Shown here piece by piece: positions 38,655-52,562 of a stretch of 64,000 bases of DNA (its first letter is position 1; each line of letters begins with the position of its first letter). A program made the position numbers and the translations under genes. The notes beneath the pieces were generated by a model, which was not told where the DNA came from, did no database searches, and saw nothing but the letters and a program-made list of their open reading frames with translations. The DNA is from an uncultured Chloroflexia bacterium (GTDB taxonomy: Bacteria > Chloroflexota > Dehalococcoidia > DSTF01 > JALHUB01), in assembly GCA_963726245.1 (NCBI GenBank), contig CAVSBT010000016.1, forward strand, positions 1 through 64,000, in the 5' to 3' direction.

Positions 38655-39374
38655 GTGGCCGCGCCCGCCGTTCTCTCGAATCTCGGGCGGGTCGCCCTGG
38701 ACCTGCTCTTCCCGCCGCGCTGCGTCCTCTGCGGGCGCCACGGCGCCGCCCTCTGCGACGCCTGCACGGGCGCCCTTCCGCGCGCCGATCCGCCTCGCTG
38801 CCCTCGTTGCTGGTCGCCGCAGCGTCCGGGATCGGGTTGCCGCCGCTGCGACGAGTCCGCCTCTGGCGGACCGGCCCTGGCAGGCCTGCGCTCCCCCTAC
38901 GTGTTCCAGGGGGGCGCCCGCGAGCTCGTCCATGCCCTCAAGTATCACTACCACTCCGCCCTCGCCTCGCCCATGGGCGAGCTCATGGCTCGCTATCTGC
39001 GGGGCGACTCCTTGCCGGCCGACGTGCTGGCGCCGGTGCCGCTGCACCCCCACCGGCAGCGCGCCAGGGGGTACAACCAGTCGTTCCTGCTGGCGCGGGA
39101 GGTCTCGCGCCGCCTGGACCTGCCCCTGGCCGCCGCAGCCCTGGTCCGTCGCAATGACACGCCGCCGCAGGCCAGAGCGTCGGAGGCCGACGCCCGCCGC
39201 CGAAACGTGGCCGGCGCCTTCGATTGCCGGCCGGGGGCCGTGGACGGCCGTCGGGTGCTGCTCGTGGACGATGTGACCACCACCGGCGCCACCCTCGACG
39301 CCTGCGCCCGCGCCCTCCTGGCGAAGGGCGGCGCTTCGTCCGTCTGGGCCCTCACCTTCGCTCGGGAGGACTGA
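38655..39374 (+). CDS. comF: ComF family phosphoribosyltransferase with zinc ribbons
   Basis: LLFPPRCVLC, PVPLH..RGYNQS and LLVDDVTTTGATL motifs. Confidence 0.88.
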   Translation: MAAPAVLSNLGRVALDLLFPPRCVLCGRHGAALCDACTGALPRADPPRCPRCWSPQRPGSGCRRCDESASGGPALAGLRSPYVFQGGARELVHALKYHYHSALASPMGELMARYLRGDSLPADVLAPVPLHPHRQRARGYNQSFLLAREVSRRLDLPLAAAALVRRNDTPPQARASEADARRRNVAGAFDCRPGAVDGRRVLLVDDVTTTGATLDACARALLAKGGASSVWALTFARED

Positions 39375-39378
39375 GCCG

Positions 39379-40512
39379 GTGGCGCTGGACCCGCGACCCG
39401 TGCTGGTGGCCTTCCTGGGCGGCATGGGCGGCTCCCCGGCAGAGGAGATGCTGGCGGAGGCCCTGCGGGCGGCAGCGCTCGACAGCCTGGAGGAGGCGCT
39501 AGGGACGGGCGCCTTCGCGGACGCGTTCCTGGCCACCGACGCCCCCGATCGCCTGGGATGTCTGCCCGCCGGCGTCACCGTCGACGCGGACCGCGGCCCC
39601 TTCCACTTCGGGCGGCGGCTGGCGGGGCTCATCGAGCAGCATCACATCGAGAGCATTGTCTACTTCGGGGCAGGCAGCGTCCCTCTCCTGCGGGGCTCTG
39701 ACTTCGCCGCCATCGCCTCCGGCCTGGGGGCGGCGACAGGCGTCGTGATCAGCAACAACTTCTACTCCGGCGACCTCATCGCCTTCCGGCCCGCCTCGGC
39801 GCTGCTCGGCGTGGAGCCGCCGGCGTCCGACAATGCTTTGCCGCGCCTGCTACGCGACCAGGCGGGGCTGGAGAGCCAGCCGCTGCCCCGCAGCACCGCC
39901 ACGCAGTTCAACATAGACTCGCCGGCGGACCTGGCGGCGCTGGCCCTGCACGGCGGCGGAGGCCCCCGCCTGTCCTGCCTCCTGAGCTCTCTGGAGCTGG
40001 AGATGCCGGCCTACCGGCGCTGTCTTCCTCTGCTGACCGATCCAGCGGCGGAGGTGCTGGTGGCGGGACGGGTCGGAAGCCAGGTCTGGCAGTACCTGGA
40101 GCGGGAGACGGCCTGCCGGGTTCGCGTCTTCTCTGAAGAGAGGGGGATGATGGCGGGGCAACGCGCGCTTGCCGGCGTCGGACGGGGCGCCCGCTCTCTC
40201 CTCGCCTACCACCTCCTGGCAGTAGGCCTGCCGCGCTTCTTCGAGGAACTGGCCACGCTGAGCGACGCCGCCTTCATCGATACGCGCGTGCTGCTGGCCC
40301 ACCTGGGGCTACACCCCTCGCGGTCCGATCGCTTCCTCTCGGACCTGGGGCGTGCCGGCGAGATCGAGGACGCCTTCCTGCGCGAGTTCACGCAGGCGGC
40401 CGCCGAGGCGACCATCCCCGTGATGCTGGGCGGCCACTCGCTGGTCGCCGGCAGCCTCATGGCCCTGATCGAGGTCGCCTGGAGGGAGCACGACAGGGCC
40501 AATTCGCCTTGA
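39379..40512 (+). CDS. Hypothetical protein with CofC/nucleotidyltransferase-like N-terminal half
   Basis: FHFGRRL, GSVPLL and FNIDSPADL (cf. CofC DVDTPEDL). Confidence 0.45.
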   Translation: MALDPRPVLVAFLGGMGGSPAEEMLAEALRAAALDSLEEALGTGAFADAFLATDAPDRLGCLPAGVTVDADRGPFHFGRRLAGLIEQHHIESIVYFGAGSVPLLRGSDFAAIASGLGAATGVVISNNFYSGDLIAFRPASALLGVEPPASDNALPRLLRDQAGLESQPLPRSTATQFNIDSPADLAALALHGGGGPRLSCLLSSLELEMPAYRRCLPLLTDPAAEVLVAGRVGSQVWQYLERETACRVRVFSEERGMMAGQRALAGVGRGARSLLAYHLLAVGLPRFFEELATLSDAAFIDTRVLLAHLGLHPSRSDRFLSDLGRAGEIEDAFLREFTQAAAEATIPVMLGGHSLVAGSLMALIEVAWREHDRANSP

Positions 40513-40564
40513 CGCTCTAGCTTCTTCCGCCTTACAATAAGTTAACAACTGAATACGACAAACG

Positions 40565-40699
40565 CTCTTATCCAGAGTGGTGGAGGGACCGGCCCGAAGA
40601 AGCCCGGCAACCAGGCGCGGCAGGGACCGCAATCGGCACCCCTGAGCCCGCCCAGGTGCCAAGTCCGACCCTCGCCCGGTGGCGAGGGAGAGATGAGAG
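40565..40699 (+). ncRNA. SAM-I (S-box) riboswitch
   Basis: CTCTTATCCAGAG..GGAGGGACCGGCCCGAAGAAGCCCGGCAACC..GGTGCCAA..GATGAGAG; promoter TTGACG, 18 nt, TACAAT at 40509-40538. Confidence 0.93.
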
Positions 40700-40710
40700 T
40701 AGGTTCGGAG

Positions 40711-40739
40711 AACTTCTCAACACCACGAGAAGTTTTTTG
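40711..40739 (+). terminator. Riboswitch expression-platform terminator
   Basis: AACTTCTC-loop-GAGAAGTT followed by a T run. Confidence 0.7.
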
Positions 40740-40758
40740 TTGCCCTGAAAGGCTACCT

Positions 40759-41812
40759 TTGGAGATCATCGCCTGGAATGACGGCAAGGTCCGCCTCCTC
40801 GACCAGACTCGACTGCCCGAGGAGGAGGCCTACCTGGAGATAGGGGACGTCACCGACCTGGCGGCGGCGATCCGCGAGATGCGCATCCGCGGCGCCCCCG
40901 CCCTGGGGGTGGCTGCCGCCTACGGCCTGGCCCTGGCCGCCGCCGCCGGCCCCGCGACCAGCTTCGACGGCCTCCTGGAAGACCTGCGCCGGGCGGCCGA
41001 GGTTCTGGCCGCCACCCGCCCGACTGCCGTGAACCTGAACTGGGCGCTGCGTCGCGTCCTCGCCGCCGCCGAGGCGGCGGCGGACGTCGAAGCCGCTCGA
41101 CAGGCGGTGCTCGCAGAGGCCCGCCGGATCCACCAGGAGGGTCTGGAGGCCGACCGGCGCCTCTCCGAGCTGGGCGCTGACCTCATCCCTGACGGCGCCG
41201 CCGTCCTCACTCACTGCAATACCGGCGCCCTGGCCACGGCCGGCTACGGCACGGCCCTGGGCGTCCTGCGCGCCGCCCACGAGCAGGGCAAGCGCATCCA
41301 TGTCTACGCGACGGAGACCAGACCGCTGCTCCAGGGCGCGCGCCTGACGACCTGGGAGCTGCGGCGGGCCGGCATCCCGGCGACGCTCATCGTCGATAGC
41401 GCGGCCGGCGGGCTGATGCGCCGTGGCCTCGTGGCCTGCGTCATTGTCGGCGCGGACCGCATCGCGGCCAGCGGCGACGTGGCCAACAAGGTGGGCACCT
41501 ACGGCCTGGCGGTCCTCGCTCACGAGAACGGCCTGCCCTTCTACGTGGCGGCGCCCTTCAGCACCGTCGACCTCTCGCTGGCTGACGGCGACGACATCCC
41601 CATCGAGGAGCGGGCGCTCTGAAGAGGTCACGACCTTCGCTGGCCGGCGTGTCGCGGCGGAGGGCGTCGAGGTCGCCAACCCCGCCTTCGACGTGACGCC
41701 GCATCGCTACGTGACGGCCATCATCACCGAGCGGGGGATTGCCCGGGAGCCATATCGAGAAGCGCTGGAGCGGCTGGATGAGCGAGTTCCCACAGGAAAA
41801 CACAACCCATGA
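40759..41812 (+). CDS. mtnA: Methylthioribose-1-phosphate isomerase (frameshift ~41615)
   Basis: [45 protein letters not shown] and NPAFDVTP motifs. Confidence 0.93.
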
Positions 41813-42772
41813 TCGGATGGGATGACTTCCTGATCTCCGACCCTATCGACTGGTTGCTCGAAGAGGATAACCCGTCGGTCCGCTACCTGACGCTGCGCAC
41901 GCTCTTAGAACTGCCGGAGGACGATCCACAGGTTACGACAGCGAGGCGGGCCATCATGCAGTCGGGTCCCGTGCCGGTGATCCTCGCCGCCCAGCACAAG
42001 GACGGCTACTGGGTGAAACCAGGCGCGGGCTATTCGCCCAAGTACCGGAGTACCGTCTGGCAGATCATCTTCCTGGCCGACCTCGAGGCCGACGGCGCCG
42101 ACTCGCGCGTGGCCAAGGGCTGTGAGTACCTCCTGAACAACAGTCGCACCAAGAGCGGGGCTTTCTCGGCGTCTCAAGTGCTCGTCCCCAGCGCCGCAAT
42201 CGACTGTCTCAACGGCAACCTGATCTACGCGCTCCAACGCCTCGGCTGGGGACAGGACGAGCGCGTCCACCTCGCACTACAACGGCTCTCTGAATCAGTC
42301 TTGACCCATGGCTTTGAGTGCGTTGGGAATGCGAAGCTGCCCTGTGCGTGGGGAGCGGTCAAAGCACTGCGGGCGTTGACGGCGGCGCCGCGGGAAGAGC
42401 GATCGGAAGGAAGTGTCGGCGGCTATCGAAAAGGCAGCGGAGTTCCTGCTCAGCCGCAACCTCGCCGTTGCCGACTACCCCTGCACCGTCAAGGTCAGCG
42501 CGAACTGGACAAAGTTCGGCTTCCCGCTGGGCTACCAGAGCAACGTCCTCGAGACGCTCCAGGCGCTCGCGGAGGCGGGTCGCGGCGCTGATCCGCAACT
42601 GACCCATGCCCTGAAGTTGACAGTCGCGAAGCAGGACAGCCTCGCACGCTGGAAGATGGAGTACAGCCTCAACGGCAAGATGTGGGCCGACATCGAGGCC
42701 AAGGGCAAGCCGAGCAAGTGGGTTACTCTGCAGGCGATCCAGATGATCAAGCGGGTCTTCGAGGGCTACTGA
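41809..42772 (+). CDS. Prenyltransferase/squalene cyclase-like alpha-alpha barrel hypothetical protein (frameshift ~42410)
   Basis: [38 protein letters not shown] and GKPSKWVTL motifs. Confidence 0.6.
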
Positions 42773-42773
42773 G

Positions 42774-43658
42774 ATGCCTCAGGCAAGGGTCGCTGTCATC
42801 GGCGGCAGCGGCTTCTACGAGATGGAAGGCCTGACCGAACCGGAGGAGGTGCGCCGGAGCACGCCCTTCGGCGATCCGAGCGACAGCATCGTCCTCGGCA
42901 CGCTGGAAGGGGTGCGGGTGGCCTTTCTCCCCCGCCACGGCAGGGGGCACCGCATCCTGCCCACCGAGGTGCCGGCGCGGGCCAACATCTACGCCCTCAA
43001 GTCGCTTGGCGTGGAGTTCATCATCTCGATCAGCGCCGTGGGCAGCCTCCGCGAAGAGCTCCAGCCGCTGCACCTGGTCGTGCCCGACCAGCTCATCGAC
43101 CGCACCAGGGCGCGGCCCAGCACCTTCTTCGGCGACGGGCTGGTGGCTCACGTCGCTATGGCCGAGCCCTTCTGCCCCGTCCTCAGCGACATCGTGCACG
43201 ATAGCGCCCGCGATGCCGGCGCCACCGTCCATCGCGGCGGCACCTGCGTGGTCATCGAGGGGCCCGCCTTCTCGACGCGGGCCGAGTCGCACCTCTACCG
43301 CTCCTGGGGGGCCGACCTCATCGGCATGACGGCTCTGCCGGAGGCGAAGCTGGCCCGCGAGGCCGAGATCTGCTACGTCACGCTCGCCTCCGTCACCGAC
43401 TACGATAGCTGGTACGAGGCCCACGCCGAGGTGTCGGCGGAGATGATCCTGGACAACCTGAGCCGGAACGCCGCCACCTGCCGGCGTGTCGTGGCGAGCG
43501 CGCTGCGGCGGCTTCCCGAGGCCCGCCGCTGCTCGTGCGCCTCCGCCCTCGACAACGCGCTGGTCACCCCGTTCGACCTGGTGCCTGACCGGACGAAGGG
43601 TGCCTTGGCGCCCATCATCGGCCGCTTCCTATCGGGTGCCGGCGGAGGCTCACCGTGA
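42774..43658 (+). CDS. mtnP: 5'-methylthioadenosine phosphorylase
   Basis: IGGSGFY, TPFGDPS, RHGRGH, EGPAFSTRAES, GMTALPEAKLARE and VTDYD motifs. Confidence 0.94.
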   Translation: MPQARVAVIGGSGFYEMEGLTEPEEVRRSTPFGDPSDSIVLGTLEGVRVAFLPRHGRGHRILPTEVPARANIYALKSLGVEFIISISAVGSLREELQPLHLVVPDQLIDRTRARPSTFFGDGLVAHVAMAEPFCPVLSDIVHDSARDAGATVHRGGTCVVIEGPAFSTRAESHLYRSWGADLIGMTALPEAKLAREAEICYVTLASVTDYDSWYEAHAEVSAEMILDNLSRNAATCRRVVASALRRLPEARRCSCASALDNALVTPFDLVPDRTKGALAPIIGRFLSGAGGGSP

Positions 43659-44596
43659 GGGACGCGAACGTGACGAGAGAGCTGGCCCGAACCGAGGCCC
43701 TGTCCCAGACGGCGGAGACCTACACCGTCCGCCGCCTGACGGACCGTGAGACCATCCGCCGCCTCTTGGAGCCGCACCCGGCGTATGCCGCCTATGCCCT
43801 GGGCCAACTGGAGCCGCGTCTCTTCCCCCTCTCCAGGTGGTGGCTGGCCGAAGGCGACGGCCGGAATACCCAGTCGGGCGGCCGGGCCCTGCTTCTTCAC
43901 TCCCGAGGCGGCCTGGGCAACGCCCTCTTCGCGCTGGGAGAGGCCGCGCCGTTGGCAGCCCTCCTCAGCCTGCACCCGGGACCGCGTCGCGCCTTCGCCA
44001 CCTGCCAAGCGGAGCACTTAGGGATCCTGCGCCGCTTCTTCGACCTGTCCCAGGAGCATCTCCTGCTGCGTATGAAGGTGACGGCTGACGCCTTTCGGCC
44101 TCTCGAGGGCGAGACGCGACTCTTGCGCGGTCGTGACGCCCGCATAGTAAACCGGCTCTACAACGCCGAGGGCGCCGTCGCCTCCTACACGGCCCGTCAG
44201 ATCGAAGACGGCGTGTACTTCGGGGTCAACGTCGGCGAGCGGCTGGTCGCTGTGGCGGGCACGCACGCCGTCTCGCCCACGCACGGCGTCGCCGTGGTGG
44301 GAAACGTCTACACGCACCCCCGATACCGCGGCCGCGGCCTGGGCGCCCTGGTGACCAGCGCCGTGACGGCGGCCGTCATCGAGGCCTGCCCGCTGGTCGT
44401 GCTGAGCGTGGACCCGCGCAACCGGGCCGCCGCGCGCGCCTACCAGCGCCTGGGCTACCAGGGCGACTGCCGTCTCATCGAAGCGGCGGCCACCCGCAAG
44501 GACAGGTTAGGGCTGAGGAGCCTGGTGCGTAGGCTGGTCGCCGTCCACCGTGGCGGACGCGGAAGAGGCGCGGGCGGCGCCCTGATTCGTCTCTAA
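43655..44596 (+). CDS. GNAT acetyltransferase (FR47-like C-terminus)
   Basis: VGNVYTHPRYRGRGLG and NRAAARAYQRLG motifs. Confidence 0.85.
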   Translation: MRDANVTRELARTEALSQTAETYTVRRLTDRETIRRLLEPHPAYAAYALGQLEPRLFPLSRWWLAEGDGRNTQSGGRALLLHSRGGLGNALFALGEAAPLAALLSLHPGPRRAFATCQAEHLGILRRFFDLSQEHLLLRMKVTADAFRPLEGETRLLRGRDARIVNRLYNAEGAVASYTARQIEDGVYFGVNVGERLVAVAGTHAVSPTHGVAVVGNVYTHPRYRGRGLGALVTSAVTAAVIEACPLVVLSVDPRNRAAARAYQRLGYQGDCRLIEAAATRKDRLGLRSLVRRLVAVHRGGRGRGAGGALIRL

Positions 44597-44607
44597 AGGA
44601 GCAGACA

Positions 44608-47548
<2,941 letters not shown>

Positions 47549-47611
47549 AACCGAAGACGGGGTTGGGCCGCCGCAGGCTGCGGCGCGAAGTTGGCGAAGG
47601 GGGACGGCCCA

Positions 47612-48353
47612 GTGAGTCTGGAGGCCCTCAACCACGTGCACGACTTTGGCACTGGCGAAATGCGGCCTCAGGTGTTCACGTGTAGGGCTGACGATGGATT
47701 TGTCGGACAGGTGGGTGCTGAAGCTGATGGGGCGCTCCGACATCGAACTTGCCGCTGATTGGATCGGATCACTGCTCGCTCAGCGCCTGGCGGTGCCCTG
47801 CGTCAAGGTGGATATCGCCAGCATGAGCGCAGAAGCGCTCCAGAGCGCGCCGAGCGACATCCGAGCCTGGGCGGCAGCCGGACCAGCTTTTGCGTCCGAA
47901 GAGCTCCTCAATTGTACACCGCCCACTTCGGACACCGCGGTGGCCAGCGCGAGCAACCGCCAGGAGCTTGGCAAGCTATACGCTCTAGACGCATGGTTAG
48001 AGGTTCTGGACCGGAGGAAACCCGATGGCACCTGGAATCTGTTGCTGGAAACTGAGTCCTGGCGGTTCTACGCCGTGGACTTCGGGAAGTGTCTGGCCCT
48101 ACCGCTCCTGGGGACCGCGGTACTTGATCCGGCTCCCTGCATTCCCAAGTACCCCGAGGTCGTGAGGCGGGCGGCAGATCGACAACTGGGCGTGATGACA
48201 TGTCAAGACATTGATGCTATCGATGACGGTGAACTAGACGAGATCGTGCGGTCAGTACCCCCGAAGTGGCTAACCGCGCCAAGGCGCCATGAGGTTGTGA
48301 AGTTCCTCATCGACCGCAAAGCTGTGGCAAGAGCCGCAGTTGACGAGATGTAG
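47612..48353 (+). CDS. HipA-like kinase (frameshift ~47710)
   Basis: Reconstructed GTGEMRPQVF..DDG..WVLK; ELAADWIG..LAQRLAVP; LDAWL..LDRR..NLL; YAVDFG. Confidence 0.7.
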
Positions 48354-48370
48354 AGAGGGGGCTAGTACGA

Positions 48371-49205
48371 ATGGTTACGTGCCATTATTCCGTCGTTAAG
48401 CTGGTCCCCGATCCGATCCGGGAAGAGTGCATCAATCTGGGTGTCATTGTGGTCTCGGAGGACCGGCGTGAGTCGCGTTGCGCGTTTCTCGGCCACTTTC
48501 GCACTCGCCTCAAGGCATTCGCGCCGGGCGTGAGCGCTGCTGGCGTCGACCGGATCATTGAATCCCTGAAGGAAAGATGTGGCGAGGCATACCAGCCACC
48601 GCTTGGAACAGAAGCGGAGGACGAGCACCTCTTCACGAGCGAGCACTTGTTCACCCTCTCCCGGGGCGATGCGCAACCAGCTTCAGTTCACGGGGCCGAA
48701 ACGGTACCAGGCCTCGTCGCTCCACGAAGCAACGGAGGAGTTGGCGCGACTCCTAGTGTGGCCGTCCGCCCGTGTGCAGCGCCCTCCTGAGGGGATGACA
48801 GTCCATGAGCTGCGTAGGCTAATACGTAACACCCTCAAGACTTGGGCCGTCGGGCCGCTGGGGCTAGCTGAAGGTGGAGTGGAACGAGGCAAAAAGGCCA
48901 GGCATTTCGCAGACTTCTGGATCACTGGCGGCGACCCTGTCGCCGCGTTCGTGGCGATTCCGGAAGATCCCGGGGAGCGCGACATTGCCTGGGCCAGAAG
49001 GGATTCCCTCCCGATCATCGCCGACGAGTTTCGAAGGAGCTACAGTTCATTTAGCGCTGTTGCCGTTCTGCCCGCGAACGGATCACAGCCCACTGAATTC
49101 GTGGAGGAGACACTCCAGTTCCTGGCGAGCTACGAGGGTGTGCTCGTGACTAGAGTGAACGATCTTGATCGCCTTCGCGAGGAAATCCTGCCGCACTTGA
49201 GTTGA
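48371..49205 (+). CDS. DUF3037 domain protein (frameshift ~48660)
   Basis: YSVVKLVPDPIREECINLGVIV signature; NQLQFT segment. Confidence 0.75.
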
Positions 49206-49258
49206 TCGTGCAGATAGGTCACGTGTGAGTAAGCGTTTCGTCGGGTGTGTCATTTAGC

Positions 49259-49951
49259 ATGCACGCCTTAGTCCTCGCCGGCGGCAAGGGGGAGCGGCTG
49301 CGCCCCCTGACCAGCGACCGGCCCAAGCCGATGATCCTCCTGGCCGGCCGGCCTATCCTGGAGTACCAGCTCGAGTGGCTGCGCGGCGAAGGGGTCACCG
49401 ACGTAGTCCTCCTCTGCGGCTACCTGCACGAGGTGGTCGCCGCCCACTTCGGCGACGGCTCTCGCTGGGGGCTGCGCATCGCCTACTCGGTGGAGAGCGA
49501 GCCCCTGGGCCGGGGCGGCGCCTTCAAGAAGGGCTTCGAGCTGGTGCCGCCTGACGTGCCCTTCGTCATCGGCACCAACGGCGACAGCGTCACCGAGCAG
49601 GCGCTGGCGCCCCTGATCCGCAGCCACCGTCGCACGGGGGCCGTGGCCACTATCATGCTCACGCCCATGGTCAGCCCCTTCGGAATTGCCCGCACGGGCC
49701 GCGGCTCACGCATACGGGGCTTCGACGAGAAGCCGCGCCTGCCCTACTGGCTCAACGCCGGCGTCTACGTCCTCAGCCGCGAGTTCTTCAAGGATCTGCC
49801 CGATAGGGGCGACCACGAGACCACCCTCTTCCCCCGACTGGCCGAATGCGGCAAACTGTACGGACATAAGAGCCATGCCTACTGGAAGGGCATCGACACC
49901 CTGAAGGACCTGACCGAGGTGGAAGCCCATCTGAAGGATCGGACTGCGTGA
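49259..49951 (+). CDS. Sugar-phosphate nucleotidyltransferase
   Basis: LAGGKGERLRPLT..PKPM, EPLGRGG, FDEKP and NAGVY motifs. Confidence 0.9.
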   Translation: MHALVLAGGKGERLRPLTSDRPKPMILLAGRPILEYQLEWLRGEGVTDVVLLCGYLHEVVAAHFGDGSRWGLRIAYSVESEPLGRGGAFKKGFELVPPDVPFVIGTNGDSVTEQALAPLIRSHRRTGAVATIMLTPMVSPFGIARTGRGSRIRGFDEKPRLPYWLNAGVYVLSREFFKDLPDRGDHETTLFPRLAECGKLYGHKSHAYWKGIDTLKDLTEVEAHLKDRTA

Positions 49952-49970
49952 AAGCCAGGGACGCGGCGCG

Positions 49971-51416
49971 GTGAACACACCCATCCACTTCGGTACCGAC
50001 GGCTGGCGCGGCGTCATCGCCGAGGACTTCACCTTCGACAACGTTCGAGCCTGCGCCCGCAGCGTCGCCCTCTACCAGCAGTCGCAGGGGCTGGCGGACC
50101 GCGGCCTGGTCGTCGGCTACGACACGCGCTTCGCCTCCGAGGACTTCGCCGCCGCCGTGGCGGAGGTGGTGGCCGCCGCCGGCATCAAGGTCTACCTCTG
50201 CGACCGGCCAGCGCCCACGCCGGTCGTCACCTACGCCATCCTCGAAAAGCATGCGGGCGGCGCCGTCGTCATCACCGCCAGCCACAACCCGGCCCGCTGG
50301 AACGGCTTCAAGTACCGGCCGGAGTACGCCGGCAGCGCGCCGCCGGAGGTCACCGCCGCCCTCGAGGCTCCCCTGCCCGACATCCTGGCTGCCGGCCAGC
50401 TCGACCGGCTGCCGCTGCCGGAGGCCGAGGCCCGCGGCCTCGTCGAGCGCTTCGACCCGCGGCCGGCCTACCTGGCCCACATCGCCGAACTGGTGGACCT
50501 GGGGCGGGTGCGCGCCGCAGGGCTGCGGGTGCGGGTGGACTCCATGTACGGCGCCGGCGCCGGCTACCTGGCGGACATTCTCTCCGGCGGACGCATCGAG
50601 GTGCGCGAGCTGCACGGCGAGCGCAACCCGGCCTTCCCCGGCATCGCCTCGCCGGAGCCCATCGCCCGCAACCTTGGTGAGCTGTCGGAGGCCGTGCGCA
50701 GCGACACGGCCCAGGTCGGCCTGGCCACCGACGGCGACGCCGACCGCCTGGGCGTTTTCGACGAAAAGGGACGCTTCTTGACCCAGCTCCAGGTCTTCGG
50801 CCTCCTCACCTACTACCTCCTGGAGGCGCGAGGCCTGCGCGGGCCTATCGTCAAGTCGATCACCACGACACACATGGTGCAGCGCCTGGGCGAGCTGTAC
50901 GGCGTGCCGGTCTACGAGACGCCGGTGGGCTTCAAGTTCCTCGGCCCGAAGATGATGGAGGTGGATGCCCTGATAGCCGGCGAGGAGAGCGGCGGCTACG
51001 CCGTGCGCGGCCACCTGCCGGAGCGCGACGGCGTCGTCTCAGGCCTGCTCTTCCTGGACTTCATGGTTCAGAGCGGGAAGCGCCCCTCGGCCCTGCTAGA
51101 GGAGCTCTACGCCAAGGTAGGACCTCACTACTACGATCGCCTGGACGTCCACCTGCGACCCGAGGAGCGCGACGAGGTCTGGCGGCGGATCAGCGAGAGC
51201 CGCCCCGAGCGCCTGGCCGGCCTCCGGGTCACCGGCCGCGATACCACTGACGGCTTCCGCTACCATCTGGAGGACGGCGGCTGGCTGCTCGTTCGCTTCT
51301 CAGGGACAGAGCCTCTCATGCGCATCTACACAGAGGTGCCGGCGCAGGAGCTCGTGCCCCGCGTCCTGGACGCCGGCCGCGAGCTGGCGGGCGTCCCGGC
51401 AGGGGAGGGCCGATGA
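49971..51416 (+). CDS. Phosphoglucomutase/phosphomannomutase
   Basis: FGTDGWRG, TASHNP, DGDADR, GEESGG and RFSGTEP motifs. Confidence 0.94.
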   Translation: MNTPIHFGTDGWRGVIAEDFTFDNVRACARSVALYQQSQGLADRGLVVGYDTRFASEDFAAAVAEVVAAAGIKVYLCDRPAPTPVVTYAILEKHAGGAVVITASHNPARWNGFKYRPEYAGSAPPEVTAALEAPLPDILAAGQLDRLPLPEAEARGLVERFDPRPAYLAHIAELVDLGRVRAAGLRVRVDSMYGAGAGYLADILSGGRIEVRELHGERNPAFPGIASPEPIARNLGELSEAVRSDTAQVGLATDGDADRLGVFDEKGRFLTQLQVFGLLTYYLLEARGLRGPIVKSITTTHMVQRLGELYGVPVYETPVGFKFLGPKMMEVDALIAGEESGGYAVRGHLPERDGVVSGLLFLDFMVQSGKRPSALLEELYAKVGPHYYDRLDVHLRPEERDEVWRRISESRPERLAGLRVTGRDTTDGFRYHLEDGGWLLVRFSGTEPLMRIYTEVPAQELVPRVLDAGRELAGVPAGEGR

Positions 51417-52489
51417 CCGATCATCTGGACGACCCCCGGGTCTACGAGAGCCTGGACCCCGAGGGCCTGCTCGCCCGCATCCGCGAACTGCCGCATCAGT
51501 GCCGCGAGGCCTGGGAGCGGGCCCGCGCCTTCAAGCTGCCCTCGTCGTACTGGAACGTGGAGCGGGTGGTGGTGCTGGGCATGGGTGGCTCCGCCATCGC
51601 CGCCGACCTGCTGCGGTCCCTGGCGGCGCGTCGCAGCCGGAAGGCCGTCTTCGTCTGTCGCGGCTATGAGATACCCGGCCTGGTGGACGAAAACACCCTC
51701 GTGATAGCTTCGAGCTACAGCGGCGAGACGGAGGAGACGCTGGCCGCCTTCAGCCAGGCTCTGCGTGGCCCTGCCAAGAAGCTGGTGATCACCGCGGGGG
51801 GGCGCTTGGCCGCCCTCGCCCGCGAGTACGAGATCCCCGCCTTCTTTTTCGACTACCAGGGCGAGCCACGGGCGGCGCTGGGCTACAGTCTGATGCCGCT
51901 CCTGTCGGTCGCCGAGCAGGTGGGCGTGCTGCAGGGGATGGAGACGGAGGTGGCCGAGGCGGTGGCCCTCATGGGGGAGCTGGTCCAGGAGGTGGACTCC
52001 AGGGTGGCGGCCGAAACGAACCCGGCCAAGCACTTAGCGGGACGCCTTCAGACCAAGGTGACCATCGTTTACGGGGCCGAGAACCTGATCGAGGTCGCCC
52101 ACCGCTGGAAGACCCAGCTCAACGAGAACAGCAAGGTCTGGGCCTTCTACGAAGAGCTACCGGAGGCCAACCACAACGCGCTCGTCGGCTATCCGCTGCC
52201 GCGGGAGGCGATCGACCGCCTGCACGTGGTGCTCCTCTATCACACGATGCTGCACCCGCGCATCACTATCCGCTACGAAGCCACCAGGGAAGCGCTGGAC
52301 GCCAACGGCGTGGGGTACGACGTGGTGGAGGTGAAGGGGACCGCGCCGTTGAGCCAGATGCTGACGGGCATCCTCTACGGCGACTTCGTGAGCTACTACC
52401 TGGCGATACTGAACGCCGTCAGCCCCTCGCCCCTGGCCGCCATCAACGAGCTGAAACGCCGCCTGGCCGACACCCCCTGGCCGCAGTAG
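51413..52489 (+). CDS. Bifunctional phosphoglucose/phosphomannose isomerase
   Basis: GMGGSAI, SSYSGETEET, RWKTQLNENSK and PEANHN motifs. Confidence 0.92.
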   Translation: MTDHLDDPRVYESLDPEGLLARIRELPHQCREAWERARAFKLPSSYWNVERVVVLGMGGSAIAADLLRSLAARRSRKAVFVCRGYEIPGLVDENTLVIASSYSGETEETLAAFSQALRGPAKKLVITAGGRLAALAREYEIPAFFFDYQGEPRAALGYSLMPLLSVAEQVGVLQGMETEVAEAVALMGELVQEVDSRVAAETNPAKHLAGRLQTKVTIVYGAENLIEVAHRWKTQLNENSKVWAFYEELPEANHNALVGYPLPREAIDRLHVVLLYHTMLHPRITIRYEATREALDANGVGYDVVEVKGTAPLSQMLTGILYGDFVSYYLAILNAVSPSPLAAINELKRRLADTPWPQ

Positions 52490-52507
52490 CGCGGCCACCC
52501 GCACGAC

Positions 52508-52535
52508 CGAAGGCCAGGCTTAAGCCTGGCCTTCG
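52508..52535. terminator. Hairpin between convergent genes
   Basis: CGAAGGCCAGGCTTAAGCCTGGCCTTCG perfect palindrome. Confidence 0.65.
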
Positions 52536-52562
52536 CATCTTTCCTCTGGTGGTCCGCGGCTT

